A stretch of DNA of 64,000 nt from Alphaproteobacteria bacterium (GTDB lineage: Bacteria > Pseudomonadota > Alphaproteobacteria > Bin95). The notes under the pieces are model-generated. The model did not search any database. It was given only the letters and a program-made list of their open reading frames with translations, and was not told the origin of the DNA. Positions 11,229 to 21,028 of the stretch are shown one piece after another; position 1 is the first letter of the stretch; each line of letters begins with the position of its first letter. Position numbers and translations under genes: made by a program. The stretch covers positions 1,088,001 through 1,152,000 of the forward strand of contig CBDBGH010000003.1 in assembly GCA_965205265.1 (NCBI GenBank), written 5' to 3'.

Positions 11229-13358
11229 ATGATCCGCACGCTCGGGCTTCTGGCAATTCTCACCGTCCTCTGGGGCTGGCCGTCCGGGCCGGCGGCGCAG
11301 GAGGCGCCGGCCGGCCCCGACGCGGCGGAGCTGGAAGCGCTGGCGGCCGAGCTTCGGGACGAAGGGAGGCGCGCCGACCTCATCAGGCGCATCGAGGCGC
11401 TGGCGGCCGCGCAGAGGGGGGCTGCGCCGGCGGAGGAGGAACCGGCGCGGGGACCGCTTGCCTCCGTCACGGACAGCATTGTGGCCTTTGGCGGGGATGT
11501 TGCCGGGTCGCTCTCTTTCGCGTTCGATCCGGGCGTGTTCCGGCAATGGCTGGAGCAGGGCTTCAGGGATCCCGCAAACGGCGCGCCCTTCTGGACCGTG
11601 CTCGGCCAGGCGTTGCTGGCGCTGCTTGCGGCGCTGGTCGTCGAGGTTGCGGTGCGGCGCCTCATGGCGGGCCTGCGCCGGGGGCCGGAGCGGCCCGAAG
11701 CCGGGACCGTCGGCGGGAGACTGCTCGCGGCGGCTGTCGGCCTGCTGCTCGGGACCGTGCCGCTCGCGGCGTTCGCGGTTGCCGGATTCGCCGCGCTTTC
11801 CGTCGCTGCGCTGCCGCAAACGGCGGCGGAATTGGTCCTCGCCGTAATCTATGCGAGCAGCGCGGCGCGGTTTGCGATGCTGGCGTTGCGCGTCGTTCTG
11901 GCACCGGAGACCGCCGGCGCGCGGCTTGCGCCGCTCGACGATGGCGCCGCCGCCGGCCTGCTTGCCTGGCTGCGGCGCCTGATTCTTGCACTCGCCTATG
12001 GTTGGCTGGTCTGCGAGGCCGCCCGCATTCTTGCATTGCCGCCGGCCCCCTACCGGCTTCTGGTCGATCTCGTCGGGGTTGCCGTTCTGGGGGTGGCGGT
12101 GGCGATGGTGCTCCGCAACCGCGAGGCGGTGCGGGGCCGCCTGCGCGGCGGCGGCGGACTCGGAGCCCGGCTCGCAGACATCTGGCATGTCATCGCCGTG
12201 GCCTATCTGGCTGCCGTCTTCCTCGTGTGGGCGGCCGCCGTCGAGGGCGGCTTCGCCTATATCGGGGAGGCGTCGGCCTGGACCGTCGCGGCCCTCGCCG
12301 CCGGACGGCTGGCGGACCTCGGCGTCCTGCGGCTCATCGATGCGGCGGCGCGATGGGAACTCCGGGCCGACAGCCGCCTGCCGGGGGTGAAGGCGCGCGC
12401 CGACCGGTACATGCCCGTGCTGCGCAAATGCCTCAGAGCGGCGGTCTGGGCGATTGCCGGAGTCGCCGCGCTGGAGGCATGGCGCGCGCCGGTGCTGGAC
12501 CTGCTGGCATCGCCCGTAGGCGAGCGCGTCATCGGGGCGCTGGTCCGGATCGCGCTGGTCTTCGGCCTCTTCCTGGTGCTGTGGGAGGCGATCTGCCTTG
12601 CCATAGAGCGCTATCTGGACGCCCGCGACGAGGACGGCAATCCGGTCGAGCGCGGCGGCCGGGCGCGGACGCTGCTGCCGCTGCTGCGCCGGGCGAGCGC
12701 CATCCTGCTGCTGACGGTCGGCGTGCTGACGGCCGCCTCCGAGCTCGGCATCGACATTGCGCCGTTGCTCGCTGGCGTCGGCATTGCCGGCCTCGCCATA
12801 GGCTTCGGAGCGCAGACGCTGGTGAAGGATGTCATCACCGGTCTGTTCATCCTCATGGAAGACCAGGTGGCGGTGGGCGAGTATGTGTCGGTGGCCGGCC
12901 ATTCCGGAATCGTCGAAGGGCTTTCGATTCGCACGATCCGGCTGCGCGACCTTTCCGGCACCGTCCATGTCGTGCCGTTCGGAGAGGTCGGCACGGTCGA
13001 AAACCTGACCCGCGACTACTCCTATGCGGTAATCGATGCGGGCGTCGGCTACGGCGAGGACACCGACCGGGTGAGCGATGTGCTGCGCGAGGTCGCGGCA
13101 AGCATGGAAAGCGACGAGGACTGGCGGGACCGCATCATCCCGCCGTTCCAGGTGTTCGGCGTCCAGGAGCTCGGCGACTCGGCCGTTGTCGTCCGCTGCC
13201 GCTTCAAGACGCCGCCCATGCAGCAATGGGCGGTTGCGCGCGAGTTCCGCCGCCGGATGAAGAAGCGCTTCGACGAGCTCGGGATCGAGATCCCGTTCCC
13301 GCACCGCACGGTCTATTTCGGCGGCGGCAAGCCTCCGGAGTCCCTGCCGGAGAGTTGA
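11229..13358 (+). CDS. MscS-family mechanosensitive channel (YbiO-like, long N-terminal membrane region)
   Basis: Signal peptide, many TM segments, LAIGFGAQTLVKD..GLFIL.E.Q..VGE, GIEIPFP. Confidence 0.92.
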   Translation: MIRTLGLLAILTVLWGWPSGPAAQEAPAGPDAAELEALAAELRDEGRRADLIRRIEALAAAQRGAAPAEEEPARGPLASVTDSIVAFGGDVAGSLSFAFDPGVFRQWLEQGFRDPANGAPFWTVLGQALLALLAALVVEVAVRRLMAGLRRGPERPEAGTVGGRLLAAAVGLLLGTVPLAAFAVAGFAALSVAALPQTAAELVLAVIYASSAARFAMLALRVVLAPETAGARLAPLDDGAAAGLLAWLRRLILALAYGWLVCEAARILALPPAPYRLLVDLVGVAVLGVAVAMVLRNREAVRGRLRGGGGLGARLADIWHVIAVAYLAAVFLVWAAAVEGGFAYIGEASAWTVAALAAGRLADLGVLRLIDAAARWELRADSRLPGVKARADRYMPVLRKCLRAAVWAIAGVAALEAWRAPVLDLLASPVGERVIGALVRIALVFGLFLVLWEAICLAIERYLDARDEDGNPVERGGRARTLLPLLRRASAILLLTVGVLTAASELGIDIAPLLAGVGIAGLAIGFGAQTLVKDVITGLFILMEDQVAVGEYVSVAGHSGIVEGLSIRTIRLRDLSGTVHVVPFGEVGTVENLTRDYSYAVIDAGVGYGEDTDRVSDVLREVAASMESDEDWRDRIIPPFQVFGVQELGDSAVVVRCRFKTPPMQQWAVAREFRRRMKKRFDELGIEIPFPHRTVYFGGGKPPESLPES

Positions 13359-13861
13359 TCCCGGAGGAACGCCAGGATTTCCGGCGCGTCCCATTCCGCC
13401 GGACCTTCGAGACGGCCGATCTCGCGGCCCTGCGTGTCGATCAGCACGGTCGTCGGCAGGATGCGCACATTCATCGCGCTTCCGATCGTGTTGCGCGGGT
13501 CGAGATAGCGCTTCAGCCGTGCAATGCCGTGCTGCTCGAAGAACGGGTCCACGCGCTCGGCGCCGCCCCGGTCTATCGAAAGCGCCACAACCTCCAGCTT
13601 CTCGCCGCCGAGCTCGCCCTGCAGCCGGTCGAGAGACGGCATTTCGCGCCGGCAGGGCGCACACCAGGTGGCCCAGAAATTCAGGACGACCAGCTTGCCG
13701 CCGAACCGGGCGAGCGTTATTTCGCCGCCGTCGGGCCCGGTGAAGGCGGCGTCCGGCGCGGGTGCCGGCGGGTCCGTCTTCCGGTAGTTTTGCAGCCAGC
13801 CTTCCGCCGCCGCGGCGGTTCCGGCGGCGATACAGAAGAGCAGCAGAAGCGAGCGCAGCAT
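13313..13861 (-). CDS. tlpA: TlpA-family thiol:disulfide oxidoreductase
   Basis: [30 protein letters not shown]; signal peptide; GGAAGG RBS before ATG 13861. Confidence 0.9.
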   Translation of the reverse strand: MLRSLLLLFCIAAGTAAAAEGWLQNYRKTDPPAPAPDAAFTGPDGGEITLARFGGKLVVLNFWATWCAPCRREMPSLDRLQGELGGEKLEVVALSIDRGGAERVDPFFEQHGIARLKRYLDPRNTIGSAMNVRILPTTVLIDTQGREIGRLEGPAEWDAPEILAFLRDQLSGRDSGGLPPPK

Positions 13862-15266
13862 GGCACCTTCCCGCAGTTCCGGCCCGCCCGCCAACGCCAT
13901 GTGGGGCGGGCGCTTCGCCGGCGGGCCGTCGGAGATCATGGCCGCGATCAACGCCTCCATCGGCTTCGACCGGCGCCTCTACGCCCAGGATATCCGCGGC
14001 TCGCATGCCCATCTGGACATGCTCGAAGCCGCCGGCATCGTGAGCGCGCCCGACGCCGCAGCGATCCGCGGGGGCCTCGACCGGGTCGAACAGGAGATAG
14101 CGGCGGGCCGCTTTGTCTTCAAGCCGGAGCTTGAGGACATCCACATGAACATCGAGGCCCGGCTGGCGGAGCTGGTCGGACCTGCCGCCGGCCGCCTGCA
14201 TACGGCGCGCTCGCGCAACGACCAGGTGGCGACCGATTTCCGGCTCTGGGTGCGGGACGAGATCGATGCGGTGGACGCGGCGCTCGCCGACGCCCAGGCC
14301 GCGTTCATCGAGAAGGCCGAGGCCTGGCCGGACCTGCCCATGCCGGGCTTCACGCATCTGCAGAACGGCCAGCCGGTCGCCTTCGGCCACCATATGCTCG
14401 CCTATGCGGAGATGCTGGGCCGCGACCGGGGGCGCTTCGCCGACGCCCGGCGCCGCCTGAACGAGTCGCCGCTGGGCGCGGCGGCGCTGGCCGGCACGCC
14501 CTTTCCCATTGACCGGGAGATGACGGCCGCCGCGCTTGGCTTCGACCGGCCGGCAGCCAATTCGATGGACGCGGTTTCGGACCGCGATTTCGCGCTGGAA
14601 TTCCTGGCGGCGGGCGCGATTACGGCGCTGCACCTGTCCCGGTTCGCGGAAGAGGTCGTGCTGTGGACGAGCGCGCAGTTCCGCTTCGTCAGCCTCTCGG
14701 ACGCCTTCACGACGGGCAGCTCGATCATGCCGCAGAAGCGCAACCCGGACGCAGCGGAGCTGGTGCGGGCCAAGCCGGGCCGGCTGCTCGGGGCCTTCAC
14801 GGCGCTTGCCACCGTGCTCAAGGGCCTGCCGCTCACCTATGGCAAGGACATGCAGGAGGACAAGGAGCCGACCTTCGAGGCGGCCGACTCGCTGATGCTG
14901 GCCATCGCGGCGGCCGCCGGCATGGTGCGCGACATGGAACCGGACGCCGGGCGGCTGCGGGCCGCGGCCGAGGCCGGCCACCCTACCGCCACCGACCTTG
15001 CCGACTGGCTGGTGCGCCGGCTCGGCATGCCCTTCCGGGAGGCGCACCGCGCGACGGGGGAGCTTGTTGCCGAGGCCGACCGGCGCGGGCTGCCGCTGCC
15101 GCAATTGCCGCTCGACGCCATGCAGGCAGTTGAAGCCGGCATCGACGAAAGCGTGTACGATGTCCTTTCCATAGAGCGGTCGATTGCAGCGCGGACCAGC
15201 TATGGCGGCACCGCGCCGGAGAATGTCCGCCGCGCCGCAGCGGCCGCGCGGGAGCGTTTCCTGTGA
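13860..15266 (+). CDS. argH: Argininosuccinate lyase
   Basis: [40 protein letters not shown]; start may be 13899. Confidence 0.98.
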   Translation: MAPSRSSGPPANAMWGGRFAGGPSEIMAAINASIGFDRRLYAQDIRGSHAHLDMLEAAGIVSAPDAAAIRGGLDRVEQEIAAGRFVFKPELEDIHMNIEARLAELVGPAAGRLHTARSRNDQVATDFRLWVRDEIDAVDAALADAQAAFIEKAEAWPDLPMPGFTHLQNGQPVAFGHHMLAYAEMLGRDRGRFADARRRLNESPLGAAALAGTPFPIDREMTAAALGFDRPAANSMDAVSDRDFALEFLAAGAITALHLSRFAEEVVLWTSAQFRFVSLSDAFTTGSSIMPQKRNPDAAELVRAKPGRLLGAFTALATVLKGLPLTYGKDMQEDKEPTFEAADSLMLAIAAAAGMVRDMEPDAGRLRAAAEAGHPTATDLADWLVRRLGMPFREAHRATGELVAEADRRGLPLPQLPLDAMQAVEAGIDESVYDVLSIERSIAARTSYGGTAPENVRRAAAAARERFL

Positions 15267-15394
15267 AAACCTTGCGCTGGATCCTGTTGTTCGCTGCGCT
15301 CTCCGCCGCGCTTTCGGCCTGCGGTCGCAAGAGCGATCTCGAACACCCGCCGGACTCGGAGGCGACGTTCCCGAGGACCTATCCCACCGGATGA
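15263..15394 (+). CDS. Small lipoprotein (LptM/YifL-like), 43 aa, absent from the ORF track
   Basis: GTG start overlapping the argH stop (GTGA); [30 protein letters not shown] lipobox; stop overlaps the lysA ATG (ATGA). Confidence 0.85.
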   Translation: MKTLRWILLFAALSAALSACGRKSDLEHPPDSEATFPRTYPTG

Positions 15395-16665
15395 GGCCCT
15401 TCGACTATATCGGCGGCAGCCTGGCGGCAGGGCCCGTCCGGCTGGCGGACGTGGCGGCCGAGGTCGGCACGCCCGTCTATGTCTATTCCGCCGACGCCAT
15501 CGAGGCCGCCTATCGCGAGTTCGAGGCGGCGCTGGCCCCGGCGCGCATCTGCTACGCGATGAAGGCGAACGGCAACCTCGCGGTGCTGCGCCTGCTGGCC
15601 GGCCTCGGAGCGGGTGCGGATGTCGTGTCGGAGGGCGAGCTCAGGCGCGCGCTTGCAGCGGGCATTGCGCCGGAGAAGGTCGTCTTCTCGGGCGTCGGCA
15701 AGACCGACGCGGAAATGGAGGCCGCGCTCCGGAGCGGCATCCTCCAGATCAATTGCGAGAGCGCATCGGAAGTCCGCAGCCTGTCGCGCATCGCAGCGCG
15801 CCTCGGCCTGACGGCGTCCGTCGCGCTCCGGATCAACCCCGATGTCGATGCCGGTACGCTCGACCAGATCAGCACGGGCCGCAAGACCGACAAGTTCGGC
15901 GTCGCCTGGACCGAGGCGCCGGCCCTCTTCCGCGAGGCTGCCGGGCTTCCCGGCCTGTCGATGGAAGGGATTGCGGTGCATATCGGCTCGCAGCTGGGCG
16001 AGCTGGAGCCTTACCGCCGCGCCTTTGGCCGCGTCGCCGAGCTCGCGCGCATGCTGGCGGCCGACGGCATCGCCATCCGGCGTCTCGATCTCGGCGGCGG
16101 GTTCGGCATTCGCTATCGCGACGAGACGCCCCTGCCGCTCGCCGGCTATGCAAGGGTCGTCGAAGAGGAAGTCGGCGGCCTCGGTTGCGAATTGGTGGTG
16201 GAGCCGGGCCGGCGGCTGGTGGGGCCGGCCGGCGTACTGCTGGCGCGGGTGGTCGCCGTCAAGGAGACACCGGCGCGCCGATTCGTTATTGTCGATGCCG
16301 GCATGAACGATCTGGTCCGTCCGATGATGTACGGGGCCTGGCACGATATCCTGCCTCTCGCGGCTCCGCCCGAAGGAGCCGAATACCGGCCGGCGGATGT
16401 GGTGGGCCCGGTTTGCGAGACGACGGACAAATTCGCCGACGAACGCCTGCTGCCGCCGCTGGAGGCGGGGGACCTCGTCGCCTTCTGCGAGGCCGGAGCC
16501 TATGGCGCCGTAATGGCTTCGACCTATAACGGGCGCCCGCTCGTGCCGGAAGTGCTGGTGCGGGGCGGCCGGTTCGATGTGGTGCGCGCCCGCCCGACCT
16601 TCGAGGAAGACCTGGCGCTGGAGCGTCTGCCGGACTGGCTCTGCGCCCCGGACGGGGGCGGATGA
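15391..16665 (+). CDS. lysA: Diaminopimelate decarboxylase
   Basis: GTPVYVYS, YAMKAN, HIGSQ, LDLGGG, EPGR, GPVCETTD, GAYG; start trimmed to ATG 15391. Confidence 0.96.
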   Translation: MRPFDYIGGSLAAGPVRLADVAAEVGTPVYVYSADAIEAAYREFEAALAPARICYAMKANGNLAVLRLLAGLGAGADVVSEGELRRALAAGIAPEKVVFSGVGKTDAEMEAALRSGILQINCESASEVRSLSRIAARLGLTASVALRINPDVDAGTLDQISTGRKTDKFGVAWTEAPALFREAAGLPGLSMEGIAVHIGSQLGELEPYRRAFGRVAELARMLAADGIAIRRLDLGGGFGIRYRDETPLPLAGYARVVEEEVGGLGCELVVEPGRRLVGPAGVLLARVVAVKETPARRFVIVDAGMNDLVRPMMYGAWHDILPLAAPPEGAEYRPADVVGPVCETTDKFADERLLPPLEAGDLVAFCEAGAYGAVMASTYNGRPLVPEVLVRGGRFDVVRARPTFEEDLALERLPDWLCAPDGGG

Positions 16666-19049
16666 ACCTCCGCCGGCGGCTCGCGCGGGCGCGCCTGCAG
16701 GCGCGCCTGGTGCTGGTCGGCCAGGCCCTCTGGTCGGCCTTCTGGCCGGGGCAGGCGCTCCTCGGGGCCTTCTTGCTCCTGGCGTTGAGCGATGCGTTGC
16801 CCCGGCTGGACGGCTGGACCCACTCGGCCGTGCTCGGCGCGCTGGCGGCCGTGCTCGGATGGTCGCTCTGGCGGGCGGCGAGGCGGTTTCGCCCGCCGTC
16901 GCGGGAAGCCGCGGACCGCCAGATCGAACGGGCAAGCGGCCTCCGGCACCGCCCGCTGGCGAGTCTGGAAGACCGTCCTGCGGCGGCGGAACCGGCTGCA
17001 CGGGCGCTCTGGGGGGAACATCTGGCCCGGATATCCGGGCGGATTCGCCGCTTGCGGGCGGGGTGGCCGGCCGGCGTCATGCCGGCGCGGGACCCCTGGG
17101 CCCTGCGCATCCTCGCATTGGTCTGCCTGGCGGCGGCATTCGGCTTTGTCGGCGGTGACGCCGGCGATCGGCTCGGGCGGGCGCTGGCGCCGTCTTTCGC
17201 CGCGGCGCGCGCGGTTGCGCCGGTCTCCGTCGATATGTGGATCGAACCGCCGGCCTATACCGGGCGGCCGGCACTGTTCGCCGGGGCGGAGGGAACGCGC
17301 TTCGATCTGCCTGAGGGAAGCCAAGTCCATGCGCGTGTGACGGGAGCGGACGAGAAGGCGACGCTGGCTGCGGGGCCAGACAGCACAGTACTGGAGCGTT
17401 CGGGCGCGGTTGCGGAAGGCAGCATGCCGATCCGGACGGGCGGACGCATTGCCGTGTTCGCCGGAGACCGCGAACTGGCGGGCTGGCCGGTTACGGTGAT
17501 TCCCGACAGTCCGCCCACCGCCCGCTTCGAATTGCCGCCTTTCGCGACGCAGCGCCACGCAATGCGCATCGAGTATGGCGGAAGCGACGATTACGGCGTC
17601 ACCGCCATGCGGGTCGAGGCGGTTCCAAGCGACGAGCCGACGGCCGAGCCGCTGGTCCTGCCCTTGCCGGTGCTGGGGGACCCCGTAGCGCCTCGCGGCA
17701 ATGCCTATTTCGACCTTACCGCCCATATCTGGGCCGGCCGCGAGGCGACCGTGCAGCTGTTCGCCGTGGACGGCGCCGGACAGGAAGGGGAGGGGCCGCC
17801 TCTCCGGTTCGTGCTGCCCGAACGGAACTTCACGCACCCCGTGGCGCGGGCCATTGTCGGGGAGCGCAAGATATTGCGCTGGGAGGGCAGGGACGCTTCG
17901 GCGGAACGGCTGGACGGCATTGCGGCGGGCACGGAACTCTACGACCGGGACCCCGCGGTGACGCTGGCGCTGGCTGTGGCGTCCGCGCGGCTTCGCGGGG
18001 CGGAGAAGGAAGAGCCGGCGCTCACGAGCGTGCGAAGCCTGTTGTGGAAAACGGCGCTGCGGCTGGAGGATGGCGGCCTCGCCCTTGCGGACCGCGAGCT
18101 TCGCGCTTCGCAGGACGCCATCATGCGGGCGCTTGAGATGGGCGCCCCGGCGGAGGAGATCGACAGGCTGTTCGACGAACTGCGCCGGTCTATCGACCGC
18201 CTGTTGCGTGAACTCGCCTCGGCGGCCGGGGAGGGCGGCGATGAGGCCCGGCCGGACCCCGGCGGGCAGGAGCTGGACCGTCTGGTGGACCGCGAGGGGT
18301 TGCAGCAGATGGTCGAGCGAATCCGCCGGCTGTGGGAAGCGGGCGCGCGCGACGATGCAAGGGAACTGCTCGCGCAACTCCAGAACATATTGGAGAACAT
18401 CCGCCTGGCGCGCATGGGCGAGGGCCAGGCGGAGCGCCAGGCCGACATGCTGCAGCAGCTCAGGGAGCTCAGGGAGTTAAGCCGCGACCAGCAGCGCCTG
18501 CTGGACCGTACCTTTCGCCAGGGACGCCCGCCGCCGGAGGGCCAGCGCAGGGGCCCGCAGGGCGTCCGGCCCGGCGCGGAGAGCGGATATCCGGACTTGC
18601 AGCGGGCGCAGGAGGCGCTGCGCCGGCGCCTTGGGGATTATATGCGCGGCCTCGGATCGGACGCGGGACGGGTGCCCCAGGAGCTGGAGCGGGCCAACCG
18701 GTCGATGCGCGGCGCTTCCGGCGCTCTGCGGGCCGGCAACCGGGGCGAGGCGCTGGAGGCCCAGGGCCGGGCCCTGCAGGACCTTCAGCAGGCCGGGGAG
18801 GCGCTGCTTGAGCGTTTTGCGCGCGAAGGCGGGGGGCCGGGGGATATGATGGGCGGGCGATCCGAATTCGATCCGCTCGGCCGCCGCGACGGCGGCTTCA
18901 TGCCGGACGGCAGCGATGTCGTGCTGCCCGAGGAGGACAACTTCCAGCGGGCGCGGGACATCCGCGACGAATTGCGCCGGCGCGCGGGCGACGCAGCCCG
19001 CCCGCTTCCGGAGCGCGACTATATCGAAAGGCTGCTTCGCCGGTTTTAG
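16662..19049 (+). CDS. TIGR02302/DUF4175-like membrane-anchored coiled-coil protein
   Basis: RDPWALR, WIEPPAYTG, DDYGV, FDPLGR, RARDIRDELRRR, ERDYIERLL; usual position after lysA. Confidence 0.85.
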   Translation: MNLRRRLARARLQARLVLVGQALWSAFWPGQALLGAFLLLALSDALPRLDGWTHSAVLGALAAVLGWSLWRAARRFRPPSREAADRQIERASGLRHRPLASLEDRPAAAEPAARALWGEHLARISGRIRRLRAGWPAGVMPARDPWALRILALVCLAAAFGFVGGDAGDRLGRALAPSFAAARAVAPVSVDMWIEPPAYTGRPALFAGAEGTRFDLPEGSQVHARVTGADEKATLAAGPDSTVLERSGAVAEGSMPIRTGGRIAVFAGDRELAGWPVTVIPDSPPTARFELPPFATQRHAMRIEYGGSDDYGVTAMRVEAVPSDEPTAEPLVLPLPVLGDPVAPRGNAYFDLTAHIWAGREATVQLFAVDGAGQEGEGPPLRFVLPERNFTHPVARAIVGERKILRWEGRDASAERLDGIAAGTELYDRDPAVTLALAVASARLRGAEKEEPALTSVRSLLWKTALRLEDGGLALADRELRASQDAIMRALEMGAPAEEIDRLFDELRRSIDRLLRELASAAGEGGDEARPDPGGQELDRLVDREGLQQMVERIRRLWEAGARDDARELLAQLQNILENIRLARMGEGQAERQADMLQQLRELRELSRDQQRLLDRTFRQGRPPPEGQRRGPQGVRPGAESGYPDLQRAQEALRRRLGDYMRGLGSDAGRVPQELERANRSMRGASGALRAGNRGEALEAQGRALQDLQQAGEALLERFAREGGGPGDMMGGRSEFDPLGRRDGGFMPDGSDVVLPEEDNFQRARDIRDELRRRAGDAARPLPERDYIERLLRRF

Positions 19050-19113
19050 CGAAGCGCGGGACGGGCTATGACTGCCCGGTCTCACTTAACGAAGCAAGGA
19101 AGGGCTGGGACAT

Positions 19114-20031
19114 ATGTCCGAGGGAGTATTGGAAGGCAAGGTCGTTCTGGTGACGGGGGCGGGCCGTGGCATCGGTCGCGAGGTTGCGGTTCTGGCGGCG
19201 CGCGAGGGCGCGCAGGTGGTCGTGAACGACCTTGGCGGCGATGTCGGCGGTTCGGGGGCGGATGCGACGCCGGCCCAGGAGACCGTGGCGATGATCGAGG
19301 CGGCGGGCGGCGAGGCGGTCGTCAACGGCGACAGCGTGGCCGATTACGAGGCGGCGGGCCGGATGGTCGGCCAGGCGGTGGAGACCTTCGGGCGCATCGA
19401 CGGGGTTGTGAATGTGGCCGGCATTCTGCGCGATGTGATCTTCCACAAGATGAGCGAGGCGGACTGGGATGCGGTGATTTCGGTGCATCTCAAGGGCTCG
19501 TTCAATGTGGCGCGCAATGCGGCGGACCGTTTCCGGGCGCAGGAGTCGGGGGCGATGGTGCATTTCACCTCGACCTCGGGTCTGATCGGCAATTTCGGCC
19601 AGGCGAACTATGCGGCGGCGAAGATGGGGATTGTCGGGCTGTCGAAGTCGATTGCGCTCGACATGCAGCGCTTCAATGTGCGCTCCAACTGCATGTCGCC
19701 CTTCGCCTGGACGCGCATGATCGGGACCATCCCGTCGAATACGCCGGAGCAGGAGGCGCGGCTCGCCAAGATCAAGCAGATGACGCCCGCGCAGATCGCG
19801 CCGATGGTGGTCTATCTGCTTTCCGACCTCGCAAGCGGCGTCACCGGCCAGATCTTCGGCAGCCGCATGAACGAACAGATGCTGTTCAACCAGAACCGCC
19901 CCGTGCGGTCCGTGCATCGCAGCGAGGGCTGGACGCCGGCCGACATCCACGAACACGCCATGCCGGCCCTGAAAGCCGCATTCACGCCCAACGAGCGTTC
20001 CGGCGACGTCTTCAACTGGGACCCGATCTGA
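19114..20031 (+). CDS. SDR family oxidoreductase (hydroxyacyl-CoA dehydrogenase-like)
   Basis: TGAGRGIG, VVVNDLG, AGILRD, GNFGQANYAAAK. Confidence 0.93.
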   Translation: MSEGVLEGKVVLVTGAGRGIGREVAVLAAREGAQVVVNDLGGDVGGSGADATPAQETVAMIEAAGGEAVVNGDSVADYEAAGRMVGQAVETFGRIDGVVNVAGILRDVIFHKMSEADWDAVISVHLKGSFNVARNAADRFRAQESGAMVHFTSTSGLIGNFGQANYAAAKMGIVGLSKSIALDMQRFNVRSNCMSPFAWTRMIGTIPSNTPEQEARLAKIKQMTPAQIAPMVVYLLSDLASGVTGQIFGSRMNEQMLFNQNRPVRSVHRSEGWTPADIHEHAMPALKAAFTPNERSGDVFNWDPI

Positions 20032-20054
20032 CCGGGGCCGGAGAGCCGGGCGTC

Positions 20055-20175
20055 GGCCGCCCTTCGATACGCGCACGCTGACGCGGGCGCTACTCAGGGA
20101 GAAGGAAAGTGCGAAGGCTGAGTTCCGGCCCCCCTCATCCCGAGTAGCGGCGCAGCCGCGTATCGAGGGACGGCC
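20055..20175. repeat. Inverted pair of REP-like palindromes between convergent genes
   Basis: CCGCCCTTCGATACGCG..CGCTACTCAGGGAGAAGG (20057-20105) and its near reverse complement CCTCATCCCGAGTAGCG..CGCGTATCGAGGGACGG (20133-20173). Confidence 0.8.
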
Positions 20176-20211
20176 GGATTTCCGTTTCAGCCTGAGGGGC
20201 TTTTCCGGCGC

Positions 20212-21000
20212 TCAGGGAATGGCGTCGGCTCCCCGGACCATCGGGCGCCAGTCCGTCGAGCGCACATAGTCCGGGCGCGGGTCCTCGACGTCGCGGGGCC
20301 GGTTGGCGCAGGCGTTGAAGCAGAAATAGGCGTGCCAGCGGTCCGTCGCCGAGAGATTGTGGCCGGAGGCGTGCAGCAGGTTGCAGTGGAACAGCGCGGC
20401 GGTGCCGGGCGGGCCCGTCACCGCGACGGGCTCGGGCAGGGCCTTCATCGCGGCCTTCATGGTTTCCGGCTTCGATGCCCAGAGGCTGTAGGCCGTGGAG
20501 GAGTCGAAATAGGGATCGACGCGCCCGTCGCGATGACTGCCGGGCAGGAAATAGAGGCAGCCGTTCATCTCCGTCGCCTCGTCCAGCATGACCAGGAAGG
20601 TCGCCATGGACGGCCGGTCGATGCCATCCAGATGCCATGTGCCGAAGTCCTGGTGCCAGGGCCAGGCGCTGCCCTCGATGGCCGCCTTCATGTTGACCTT
20701 GCAGTGGTGGATATAGACCTCGTCCGTGCCGAGCGCCTGCTGGGCCGGGCGCAGGATGCGGGGCGCATGGGCGGCGGCGCGGTAGGCCGGCGAGGCTGTC
20801 GGGCCGTCCTCGGCATGGAGGCGGAACATCGTCTTCGGCACACCGCTCGATCCTTCGCGAAAGACGCATTCGGCATCGAGGCCCGCAACCCGCTCCGCTT
20901 CCGCGCGCAGCCGTGCGACCTCTTCGGCCGAGAACAGCGCCGGGAAAATGAGAAAGCCGTCCTGCTGAAACCGTTCGACCTGCCGTTCCGTCAGTTCCAT
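20212..21000 (-). CDS. Phytanoyl-CoA dioxygenase family Fe(II)/2OG hydroxylase (EctD/proline hydroxylase-like)
   Basis: FQQDGFL, WPWHQDFGTWH, NGCLYFLPGSH, FHCNLLHAS..N...R; start trimmed. Confidence 0.88.
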   Translation of the reverse strand: MELTERQVERFQQDGFLIFPALFSAEEVARLRAEAERVAGLDAECVFREGSSGVPKTMFRLHAEDGPTASPAYRAAAHAPRILRPAQQALGTDEVYIHHCKVNMKAAIEGSAWPWHQDFGTWHLDGIDRPSMATFLVMLDEATEMNGCLYFLPGSHRDGRVDPYFDSSTAYSLWASKPETMKAAMKALPEPVAVTGPPGTAALFHCNLLHASGHNLSATDRWHAYFCFNACANRPRDVEDPRPDYVRSTDWRPMVRGADAIP

Positions 21001-21028
21001 GGCGCGCCTCCTTCGCCTCGCAGCCGGG

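Noticed and set aside
11121-15104. 1327-aa minus-strand ORF
   Set aside because: Antisense shadow of mscS and argH in GC-rich DNA; Arg/Gly/Pro-rich with no motifs.
20212-21000. Ectoine hydroxylase ectD
   Set aside because: The signature is WHQDFGTWH rather than WHSDFETWH, and there is no ectABC nearby.
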